From Candidatus Heimdallarchaeota archaeon (GTDB taxonomy: Archaea > Asgardarchaeota > Heimdallarchaeia > Heimdallarchaeales > Heimdallarchaeaceae): 12,540 bases of DNA. Position 1 is the stretch's first letter, and each line of letters starts with the position of its first letter. The stretch covers positions 1 to 12,540 of the forward strand of contig DXJF01000056.1 of the NCBI GenBank assembly GCA_019057375.1, written 5' to 3'. The notes beneath the pieces were generated by a model. That model ran no database searches. It worked only from the letters and a program-made list of their open reading frames with translations, and was not told the origin of the DNA. This document shows positions 1-6,799 of this stretch, piece after piece. The translations under genes and the position numbers were made by a program.

Positions 1-137
1 AACTCGTAAAAGAAATGCAGAAAACTGGTAAACAATTCTTAAAAATAGTGCAAAAGAGTAAAAAACTGGTAGATGAAGCGCAAGAGGGCGAAGAACAGGT
101 AGATGAAGCGCAAGTAGCGGACGAAGAACAAAATTAG
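1..137 (+). CDS. 3' end of an upstream hypothetical protein with acidic, internally repeated C-terminal tail (partial)
   Basis: Frame 3 is open from the window edge: LVKEMQKTGKQFLKIVQKSKKLVDEAQEGEEQVDEAQVADEEQN. It ends TAG (135-137) TAA and is followed by a T-rich tract. Confidence 0.75.
   Translation, partial: LVKEMQKTGKQFLKIVQKSKKLVDEAQEGEEQVDEAQVADEEQN
68..130 (+). repeat. Imperfect in-frame tandem repeat (30-33 nt unit)
   Basis: GGTAGATGAAGCGCAAG is exact at 68-84 and 98-114; CGAAGAACA occurs at 89-97 and 122-130. Encodes VDEAQEGEEQ / VDEAQVADEEQ. Confidence 0.85.
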
Positions 138-142
138 TAACC

Positions 143-170
143 CTTTACTATTTTTATTTCATTTATTTTA
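143..170 (+). terminator. Probable archaeal oligo-T terminator
   Basis: T-rich run (ctttactatttttatttcatttatttta) directly after the stop codons at 135-140. Confidence 0.45.
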
Positions 171-300
171 GTCTTAAAATTACGAAGTTTGTCTTTATTA
201 ATTAATTTCTCTATGAATCATTAGATAATAATAACATTAATTTCTCAATACTATCGGGGAATTACAAGAGAATATATTGAAAAAATACTTGTTGAGTATA

Positions 301-483
301 ATGACAGAAGAATCAGATTACGGAATAAAATTCGGAATTATCTCTGAGCTCGAAGAACAGCTAAGTGCTACTCTATTCAGATGGTTAGAGAATAGAAAGG
401 TGAAATTAGAAGAAAACGAAGATAGAAAGGTGCTCGGAGACTTATTGCAAGGAGCAGAAGAAGTTTTGAATAAATGGTTATGA
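301..483 (+). CDS. Small hypothetical protein (60 aa; alternative TTG start at 277)
   Basis: ORF MTEESDYGIKFGIISELEEQL...EEVLNKWL with charged helical composition typical of real small proteins. No recognisable motif. Confidence 0.6.
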   Translation: MTEESDYGIKFGIISELEEQLSATLFRWLENRKVKLEENEDRKVLGDLLQGAEEVLNKWL

Positions 484-501
484 TAAAAGAAAAATCTGTT
501 T

Positions 502-762
502 TTAGAGCTCTTCTTTTACTCTAGCTTCCCAATCAATTACTTCAACAAATTGGTTTTCAAGGGCGATGAGGTCTTTTTCAGTGATGATGTTATATTCATC
601 AACAGCAAACTCTATAGCTTGTTCTTCATTAGTTGCAAGAACATGATAATGACAGTCTCTTCTTTCTACACGTGTAACAATAGCGTAAAAATCTCTAACA
701 TTCTTGTCTCTGACAATCCTTGATTCCCTTCCTGTAGTATATCCTTCCTTTGCTATAAACAG
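502..762 (-). CDS. Small hypothetical protein (~86 aa) not in the ORF track; non-canonical start (CTG); weak DpnD/PcfM-like pattern
   Basis: Manual translation: LFIAKEGYTTGRESRIVRDKNVRDFYAIVTRVERRDCHYHVLATNEEQAIEFAVDEYNIITEKDLIALENQFVEVIDWEARVKEEL-TAA. Bounded upstream by TAA (763-765). No in-frame ATG/GTG/TTG. GAA-rich, coding-like codon use. Confidence 0.55.
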   Translation of the reverse strand: MFIAKEGYTTGRESRIVRDKNVRDFYAIVTRVERRDCHYHVLATNEEQAIEFAVDEYNIITEKDLIALENQFVEVIDWEARVKEEL

Positions 763-825
763 TTATTTTGAATTGTAGTATAAGAAATATTTCACTGAAC
801 TTCAAGCTTGATTAAGAACAAAAGA

Positions 826-833
826 ATTAAAAA
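826..833 (+). promoter_or_regulatory. Putative TATA box for tRNA-Met
   Basis: ATTAAAAA preceded by purine-rich AAAGA, about 30 nt upstream of the tRNA 5' end. Confidence 0.4.
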
Positions 834-860
834 CAAGATTTCATGTTCAGTTTTAGAAAT

Positions 861-988
861 GGCTCGGTAGCTCAGCTGGCTAGAGCGCAGGACTCATAAT
901 CTTAACAAAGAAGGGCTAGAGAGTTATGTGCTGAGTCCTCAGGTGAGAAATCCTGAGGTCGCGAGATCGAAACTCGCTCGAGCCACCA
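861..988 (+). tRNA. trnM: tRNA-Met(CAT), probably elongator type, with 51-nt intron at 37/38 and encoded CCA
   Basis: Acceptor GGCTCGG/TCGAGCC, A73, CCA. D stem GCTC/GAGC. Anticodon stem CAGGA/TCCTG, loop CT-CAT-A^A. T arm GCGAG-ATCGAAA-CTCGC. Mature length 77 nt. G1-C72 and A31-U39 argue against initiator; A31-U39 also favours Met over Ile2, which is not fully excluded. Confidence 0.93.
899..949 (+). other. tRNA intron with bulge-helix-bulge motif
   Basis: Central 4-bp helix CTCA(893-896)/TGAG(944-947); 3-nt bulges TA^A (897-899) and AA^A (948-950); short outer helix TCT/AGG. Confidence 0.85.
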
Positions 989-1069
989 TTTTCTACTTTA
1001 TCTTCATTTAACTAATTTGAAAAATAAAAAATGAAATAAGAAAAATAAATAGTTGGTTCTTTGGCTTTA

Positions 1070-1543
1070 CTACAGTTTCTTGAGTTGATGGTTTCTGATT
1101 AAATCTGATTCTTCCTCAATTGTTACTCCGATCATATGGTCTCCTTGATTTATCTTATTAACCACATTCATTCCATCAACAACTTTACCAAAAACAGTAT
1201 GTTTGCCATTCAAGTGCTTACAGCTATTAGGATTCAACACAATAAAAAACTGTGAACCATTTGTATTTGGTCCAGAATTAGCCATACTTAAAGCTCCTAG
1301 AACATGTATTTGTACGGGATTATCTACCTCATCAACGATTTGGTATCCAGGTCCACCTCCACCGGTTCCTGAAGGATCCCCTCCTTGAACAACAAAATCT
1401 GGTATAACTCTATGGAATTTAACTCCATTATAGAAACCTGATTGAGCCAATGAAACAATGTTCTTGACAGTATTAGGTGTTTGTTCATCAAAAAATTCTA
1501 TTGTAAAAGTTCCCTTGTTAGTTTCAACTTTTGCTTTAGTCAT
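1070..1543 (-). CDS. ppiA: Cyclophilin-type peptidyl-prolyl cis-trans isomerase
   Basis: Canonical motifs FYNGVKFHRVIPDFVVQGGDP, GTGGGGPGY, SMANSGPNTNGSQFFI, HLNGKHTVFGKV. SD-like GGAGAT at 1548-1553 (minus strand). Confidence 0.97.
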   Translation of the reverse strand: MTKAKVETNKGTFTIEFFDEQTPNTVKNIVSLAQSGFYNGVKFHRVIPDFVVQGGDPSGTGGGGPGYQIVDEVDNPVQIHVLGALSMANSGPNTNGSQFFIVLNPNSCKHLNGKHTVFGKVVDGMNVVNKINQGDHMIGVTIEEESDLIRNHQLKKL

Positions 1544-1574
1544 TTAAATCTCCGAAGCTTAATCTTACCTTTTA

Positions 1575-1583
1575 TTTTATATA
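1575..1583 (-). promoter_or_regulatory. Putative TATA box of the cyclophilin gene
   Basis: Minus-strand TATATAAAA 32-40 nt upstream of the ATG at 1543. Confidence 0.5.
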
Positions 1584-1661
1584 CATAATGATGAGTCAAC
1601 ATCTCACACCAAGAATTTATTTAATGCAACTCACTTTAATCTACTAGTGGTGCAAAACTGT

Positions 1662-2126
1662 ATGAGCACAGAAGAAATACAAAATCTAAAACCCAAACCC
1701 AAAATCAAAACACCACCATGGATTTCTGCTGTTTTAGCACTTGTTTATACTGTAACATTGGTTTTTCTTTTACTTACAAGCATGGAGTCAGCTTTTGATT
1801 TTGTTGAAGATTTCTTCAAGCAAATGCCTAATGGTGTTTGGTTTTTTGAAGTTCCGATTCCAATAATCTGTGCTTTATTTGTTTATTATGGTGCTCAACA
1901 TAGTCAGAAAAGAAGTTTGAACATCTTAGTCTTCATGTCTTCAGCTTTAGGAATTATTGCTATTGGAATTGGCGTTTACTTTATTCTCTCCAAATATTCA
2001 ATAATTCTTAATAATAGTAAAGCTGACTTCATCTTCTTCTTGATTCTTCTAGCCATTTCCCTTATCATTGCAATTGGTTCTATATTTATCACGAAATTTA
2101 TTAGAAAGAAGAAAACCTTGCAGTAA
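1662..2126 (+). CDS. Hypothetical integral membrane protein (~4 TM helices); GTG at 1647 is an alternative start
   Basis: Four hydrophobic segments, Lys/Pro-rich N-terminus and basic C-terminal tail (KFIRKKK). No family motif recognised. Confidence 0.8.
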   Translation: MSTEEIQNLKPKPKIKTPPWISAVLALVYTVTLVFLLLTSMESAFDFVEDFFKQMPNGVWFFEVPIPIICALFVYYGAQHSQKRSLNILVFMSSALGIIAIGIGVYFILSKYSIILNNSKADFIFFLILLAISLIIAIGSIFITKFIRKKKTLQ

Positions 2127-2449
2127 GGTCCCTTGACCAGAAAGTGACCTAAACAACAAGGTTGTTTTCGAAAATATTAACTCTTCTAATAAGGTAGTAA
2201 CTATTTTTGATTGTAATCTAGAGCACCTTTTATTTACAATCATTCTGTCATCAAAGAACGAAGTAAACTCTAAGAACTGCAAATGAACATTATTACTTGT
2301 CTAAGTTTATAGTAAATTTTAATAATAGCGAGCTTTTGAAAAAAAGCAGATTAGTTTAGTAAAAGTTGATTTTTCTCTCATTTTAGGTGAATCTTTAAAA
2401 TAAACTAGTACAAATTAAACAATATTCTCCTTTGAGAAACTAATTTAAG

Positions 2450-3925
2450 GTGAAAAAATTGTCACATAAAGAAGATGTTTTAGATAAAAGTGATATTAGA
2501 GAAACTGAATTAGAATCAAAACAGACAAGTTCAAAAAATGCTTGGTTATGGTATAGCTATGATATGGCAGATACCTTCTTTTCACAATCTGTAATAAGTT
2601 TAGCATTCACTCCATTTGTTTTGTTAATGGGTGTCCAAATGGGTTGGAGGTTTGCTACAGTATTTATTGTAATGTCTGTATTCATGGCTGGTTCAAATCT
2701 TTTGATTGCTATATTCGGACCAATCTTGGGGGCTATTTCAGATAAAGTTGGAAAAAGAAAGCCAGCAGTGCTTATTTCAGCTGGTATAATGGTTACTATG
2801 ACCGCGTTAATCACAGTTTGGTCAAACTTTTGGTGGGCGTGTATCTTATTTGTTATTGCAAATTTCTGTTATCAAGCAGGTCGAATGTTTTATGATGCTC
2901 AAATTCCATTCATTGCTGAAACAGAAAAAAGAGGTTTTACACAAGCCATCGGCGGTGCACTTGCAGCTTTTGGCTCAGTAATTGCAATAGCTATAAGTAT
3001 TATTATAGGTCTTCCCAGCTTATTTGGTCCACATACTCATGTAGATACCGGAATCTGGCAAGTAGGGGAAGTAGCAATTGATCCAAATACTATAAACTAT
3101 GGTGGATTGAGATATTTATTTTTAATATCAGCTATCGTTATAATTTTGATTAGTATTCCTTACCTCTTCCATAAAGAGGTAGAAAATCCCCCTGAGGAAA
3201 AGATGTCACCAAGAGAGCATGTGAAATCATCATTATCTGCCTTCAAAACTTCACTTAAAGAGATTATTTCTGATAGAAATTCATGGTTGTTCTTCTTAGC
3301 TTGGTTCTTCATCACAGATGCTGCAAATACAACGATTCTGTACATGGTACCTGTGGTTTCAGCTATGGGTGGACCAACACTTGAGGGAATGACAAATTAT
3401 ATTATTCTAGGAGGAATAATTTTCTCAATAATCTTTGGTATTCTTGTTGGAAGACTTATGAATAGATTAGGACCGAAAAAATTATTCCTAGCTGTTGCCA
3501 TATCCTGGTTTATTGCGATAGTTATTTTCGTCCTAAGTGGATTACAAATAGGTTCAGTAACAATTCCTACCTGGCTAATATGGTTTGGTGCGGTATTCAT
3601 AGGTGTAGGTTTCGGAGGAATATGGATCGTTGGGAGACAATTCATTATGGTTCTTGCACCACCATCAAAACTTGCACAATATGGTGGTTTCCAAAAAATA
3701 GCTGGAAGAGTAAGTGCAATTGTATCCCCACTCCTGTTTGGTTTGGTGATTTTTCTTACTGATGATTTATTTACACCACCAGGTCCAATGAGAGTTGCTC
3801 TTGCTAGTTTGTTAGTACTTTTCTCAATAGGAATTATTATTGCATTGTTTATCAAAGACCCTCATGAAAGGTACATGAAAGGTGAAAGAGCACCATACAA
3901 AGGAATTTACGACAAGAAGGAGTAA
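2450..3925 (+). CDS. MFS transporter, UMF1/Atg22-like family
   Basis: 491 aa, GTG start, ~12 TM segments. N-terminal WLWYSYDMADTFF (W-x2-YD-x-A pattern of UMF1/Atg22), MFS motif A GAISDKVGKRK, and its repeat GRLMNRLGPKK. Confidence 0.9.
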   Translation: MKKLSHKEDVLDKSDIRETELESKQTSSKNAWLWYSYDMADTFFSQSVISLAFTPFVLLMGVQMGWRFATVFIVMSVFMAGSNLLIAIFGPILGAISDKVGKRKPAVLISAGIMVTMTALITVWSNFWWACILFVIANFCYQAGRMFYDAQIPFIAETEKRGFTQAIGGALAAFGSVIAIAISIIIGLPSLFGPHTHVDTGIWQVGEVAIDPNTINYGGLRYLFLISAIVIILISIPYLFHKEVENPPEEKMSPREHVKSSLSAFKTSLKEIISDRNSWLFFLAWFFITDAANTTILYMVPVVSAMGGPTLEGMTNYIILGGIIFSIIFGILVGRLMNRLGPKKLFLAVAISWFIAIVIFVLSGLQIGSVTIPTWLIWFGAVFIGVGFGGIWIVGRQFIMVLAPPSKLAQYGGFQKIAGRVSAIVSPLLFGLVIFLTDDLFTPPGPMRVALASLLVLFSIGIIIALFIKDPHERYMKGERAPYKGIYDKKE

Positions 3926-3955
3926 TTCCTCTTTTCTTATTTTTTCATTTTTTTA
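3926..3955 (+). terminator. Probable oligo-T terminator of the MFS gene, overlapping the convergent HAD stop codon
   Basis: ttcctcttttcttattttttcattttttt immediately after TAA. Confidence 0.5.
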
Positions 3956-4697
3956 GAAGCTTAGTTATTACTTCTGGTAATTCATTCATATGTTCCACAT
4001 AGTATCTATACGAAGGTTCGAACTCTCCTGTTAAACAAGCTTGAATAACATTTGCTCCAATCTTTTCAGCAAATTCTAGGAAAATAGGTTTATCTTCAAT
4101 TACTATTGCTCTTTTGGGATCTAAATTAATTTCCTTGAAAATCCTATCATAGAAAACCTCGTTGCTCTTATGAGTATTTACCAAATCTGGTCCATAGAAG
4201 TTTTCGAAACAGTCTTTTACTCTCATTCCCCTTAAGTATCCTTTTAGTTCAACTGAGTGTTCTCCTGAAGCAGTAAACAGCCTAAACCCTTGGCTGTGAA
4301 GGCTTTTAATTGCTTCAACCACCCCTGGAAAAGCGGCCTTTGTATTAGGCGTTATAGCTTCTATTACTTCAAAGTAGATTATATTGTGCATCTCTTCAGG
4401 GGGAACTTTAACTCCTACATAATCAAACATACTAGTTACCCATCTCAAAATAAAATCTGAATAATAATCATTATACTCAATTAATTCTTCATTTTCTGCA
4501 GCTTTAGTATATTCTGCCATAATTTCATTGATGAATTCAAAGTTCGCTTCACTCCATTTATGAGATTCTCCCCCATACTTTGGTGAAAAAAAATCCCCTA
4601 TCATTTTCTGCCACTGAATGCCGCGTAATATATTGTCATTCATTACCCCTCCATCATCAAAGAATATTGAGAATTCAGGAGAATTATTTCTAGCCAT
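3945..4697 (-). CDS. HAD-superfamily hydrolase (subfamily IA-like, C1 cap)
   Basis: Motif I IFFDDGGV, motif II LFTASG, motif III Lys in HKSNEVFY, motif IV IVIEDK. Helical cap between motifs I and II. Confidence 0.88.
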   Translation of the reverse strand: MARNNSPEFSIFFDDGGVMNDNILRGIQWQKMIGDFFSPKYGGESHKWSEANFEFINEIMAEYTKAAENEELIEYNDYYSDFILRWVTSMFDYVGVKVPPEEMHNIIYFEVIEAITPNTKAAFPGVVEAIKSLHSQGFRLFTASGEHSVELKGYLRGMRVKDCFENFYGPDLVNTHKSNEVFYDRIFKEINLDPKRAIVIEDKPIFLEFAEKIGANVIQACLTGEFEPSYRYYVEHMNELPEVITKLLKK

Positions 4698-4724
4698 CCA
4701 TATATACCAAAATCTAGTAGTAAA

Positions 4725-4740
4725 TAAGGATATTTCCTTA
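4725..4740. promoter_or_regulatory. Inverted repeat, putative operator upstream of the HAD gene
   Basis: TAAGGA-TATT-TCCTTA, 28-43 nt upstream of the HAD start codon. Confidence 0.35.
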
Positions 4741-4760
4741 GCCTAGTTAGTAATTTGTTC

Positions 4761-4861
4761 CTTCTAACAAGGTGGTGAATACTTTCAGTGAACTCTGGTT
4801 CTTTCAAAACCCCTCTTCTTCGACTGGAAGATTTACTAGAACTTGTAAGAAGGTGGTGTAT
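4761..4861 (+). repeat. Imperfect 20-nt direct repeat, 81-nt period
   Basis: CTTCTAACAAGGTGGTGAAT (4761-4780) vs CTTGTAAGAAGGTGGTGTAT (4842-4861), 17/20 identical. Confidence 0.55.
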
Positions 4862-4948
4862 TAATTAATTGATTGACTCTTTAAAGAAAAAAATTAAGGA
4901 CTTTTCTGTTTTTAATAAACTCTATTTATGGGGTTAAAACTTAAAGTT

Positions 4949-5335
4949 TTATACCACCACAAAGAGTAAAGAAACCATCATTAATAGTAATGCAAAAATC
5001 AAAATAGCTTCACTAATTTTGGTTCTTTTTTCAATACTTGGTTTTAATTTCTCCTCAGATTCCCAAAACTTGTCAATCTCTTTTCTATTTTTTATTACTT
5101 GTCTAAGTAGTGGTTCAGCTTGAATACCTAAAGCTAAAATCAGAAAAATGATAGCTGAAGCCGCCATGATTGCATAAATTAGGAATCCAGATCCCGCTGT
5201 ATCCAGATTAATTATTCCTATAATATCTAAGGTAGTTAGTATAACCCAGAATAATAAAACCACTATTGTAATTCTTAGTCTTTCGTTAGTTAATCTTAGT
5301 TCCTTTTTTATTACATCTGATACCATGTATCTCAC
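4949..5335 (-). CDS. Hypothetical membrane protein (3 TM), translationally coupled to the phosphohexomutase
   Basis: 128 aa with three hydrophobic segments. GTG start overlaps the upstream TGA stop (GTGA, 5332-5335). Confidence 0.75.
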   Translation of the reverse strand: MRYMVSDVIKKELRLTNERLRITIVVLLFWVILTTLDIIGIINLDTAGSGFLIYAIMAASAIIFLILALGIQAEPLLRQVIKNRKEIDKFWESEEKLKPSIEKRTKISEAILIFALLLMMVSLLFVVV

Positions 5336-6726
5336 TTTTCTTTGATTATTTTTTCTAAATCTTTAACAATGTTTTCAATCCACTCAAAACGATTCTGAGT
5401 AGGAGATTCATAATATATTCTTATTTTAGGCTCTGTTCCTGATTTTCTTATCAAGATCCATGTACCATCATCCATATCATAACGTAGTCCATCAATAGTT
5501 AGCTCCTTTTTACTCTCATTTTCAAGAGAAACTCTAAGTTTGGTTTTACAATCATTGAATATGGTTTCAACACTTTCTTTAGCTACTTTGTAAGCATTTC
5601 TCTTAGCAATATGTAATGGAATATCCTTCATTATTTCAGAAACGGTAGTTTGACCGCTTGCAATCACTTTCAAAATTTTAACTAAAGAATATAGTCCATC
5701 TATCCAGAAACCCCATTTAGGAAAGATGGGTTTCCAAGGTTCAGCAGCGAAAATGACTTTTTCATTAGATTGAATTAATTCTTGACCTTTTGTGTGAAGT
5801 TCTCCTAATTTCGTTCTTATAACTTCTCCGCCTATTTTCTCTACAGTTTTATCAATTGTAGTTGACGAATCTATACTGACTATAATCTTTCCAGTTCCCT
5901 CTTCCTTTATGGCATATGTAGCCAATAGTGCATTTATTCTAGATAATTCAACAAATTCCCCCTGTTCGTTAATTATGGCTAGTCTGTCCCCATCCCCATC
6001 AAAAGCTGCTCCTAAAATATTTTCTTTCTTACAAAGTTCTATGAGTGTTGTAAGATTTTCTGGACTGGGCTCTGCAAGCCTTCCTGGAAAAGATCCATCT
6101 ATATGAGAATTAATTGTTATTGGTAGGAATCCATAATGTGTTAGTAGCAATGGTGCAAGTTTTGACATAGGACCATTAGCACAATCAAGTATGATTTTCT
6201 TCCCCTCTCCATTGGTTTGAATTGTTTGTGTTATTCTTTTAAAGTATTGATCATTTGCATCCAAAACCTCTAATTGTGGCTCAATTTCATCCCAATCTTT
6301 ATGTTGAATAAGTTTTGTATGCTCTTCTCTGCCTTTTATTAGATCTTCTATCTGGTTTTGTTCGTGAAGAGTAAATTCTCTTCCTGTTCTAAGCACCTTA
6401 ATTCCATTATCTGTTGGTGGATTATGGGATGCAGTAATATAAACAGCAACAGAATGTTTAGAATTCAGGGTTAAGTTTGCAATCACTGGAAATGTGCACA
6501 AACCAATTTTGTAAACTTTAATCCCTGTTAATGAGAGTGATGCAGAGGCAAATTGACTTAAGGCTTCTGATGATGTTCTTGCATCGTGACCAACAAGAAT
6601 TCCCTCAGAAGAATAGAGTTGAGCAACTGCTTGACTAACTTGAATTGTGAGTTCAGCTGTAACCTTAGTACCAAAACGACCTCTTATTCCAGCTGTACCA
6701 AACAGCTTATACTTTTTCTTCATCAT
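5332..6726 (-). CDS. Alpha-D-phosphohexomutase (PGM/PMM/GlmM family)
   Basis: LFGTAGIRG, GHDARTSS, catalytic ITASHNP, DCANG, Mg loop FDGDGDR, phosphate loop IRKSGTEPKIRIYYES. Substrate uncertain. Confidence 0.95.
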   Translation of the reverse strand: MMKKKYKLFGTAGIRGRFGTKVTAELTIQVSQAVAQLYSSEGILVGHDARTSSEALSQFASASLSLTGIKVYKIGLCTFPVIANLTLNSKHSVAVYITASHNPPTDNGIKVLRTGREFTLHEQNQIEDLIKGREEHTKLIQHKDWDEIEPQLEVLDANDQYFKRITQTIQTNGEGKKIILDCANGPMSKLAPLLLTHYGFLPITINSHIDGSFPGRLAEPSPENLTTLIELCKKENILGAAFDGDGDRLAIINEQGEFVELSRINALLATYAIKEEGTGKIIVSIDSSTTIDKTVEKIGGEVIRTKLGELHTKGQELIQSNEKVIFAAEPWKPIFPKWGFWIDGLYSLVKILKVIASGQTTVSEIMKDIPLHIAKRNAYKVAKESVETIFNDCKTKLRVSLENESKKELTIDGLRYDMDDGTWILIRKSGTEPKIRIYYESPTQNRFEWIENIVKDLEKIIKEK

Positions 6727-6799
6727 TTAATCTGTCTCAATTCTAATTATAAATTATTCTTTTATAGAAAGAAATCATCATTGTGAAGCTATTGCAAGT

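Noticed and set aside
791-811. Adjacent palindromes TTCACTGAA and TCAAGCTTGA upstream of tRNA-Met
   Set aside because: Short palindromes are expected by chance in AT-rich DNA; no second instance found.
899-949. C/D-box guide RNA in the tRNA-Met intron, by analogy with archaeal tRNA-Trp introns
   Set aside because: CTGA (931-934) is present but there is no RTGATGA box C, and the intron is too short for a full guide.
1203-1388. 61-aa plus-strand ORF
   Set aside because: Antisense shadow inside cyclophilin.
988-1543. Both tRNAs are followed by a PPIase-fold gene (cyclophilin; FKBP-like)
   Set aside because: Unrelated folds, opposite orientations and different compartments; treated as coincidence.
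2049-2282. 77-aa minus-strand ORF
   Set aside because: Overlaps the 3' end of the membrane-protein gene by 78 nt and has no motif; at most a decayed remnant.
2557-3855. ORFs 2557-2814, 3160-3345, 3397-3855 (minus) and 3580-3762 (plus)
   Set aside because: Shadow or alternate-frame ORFs within the MFS gene; long antisense frames are expected opposite hydrophobic coding sequence.
4761-4861. Possible CRISPR array
   Set aside because: Only two imperfect 20-nt copies, a 61-nt spacer, and no cas genes or leader.
4772-4864. 30-aa plus-strand ORF after an SD-like AGGTGGTG
   Set aside because: Too short, with no motif or coding-like composition; SD overlaps the putative start.
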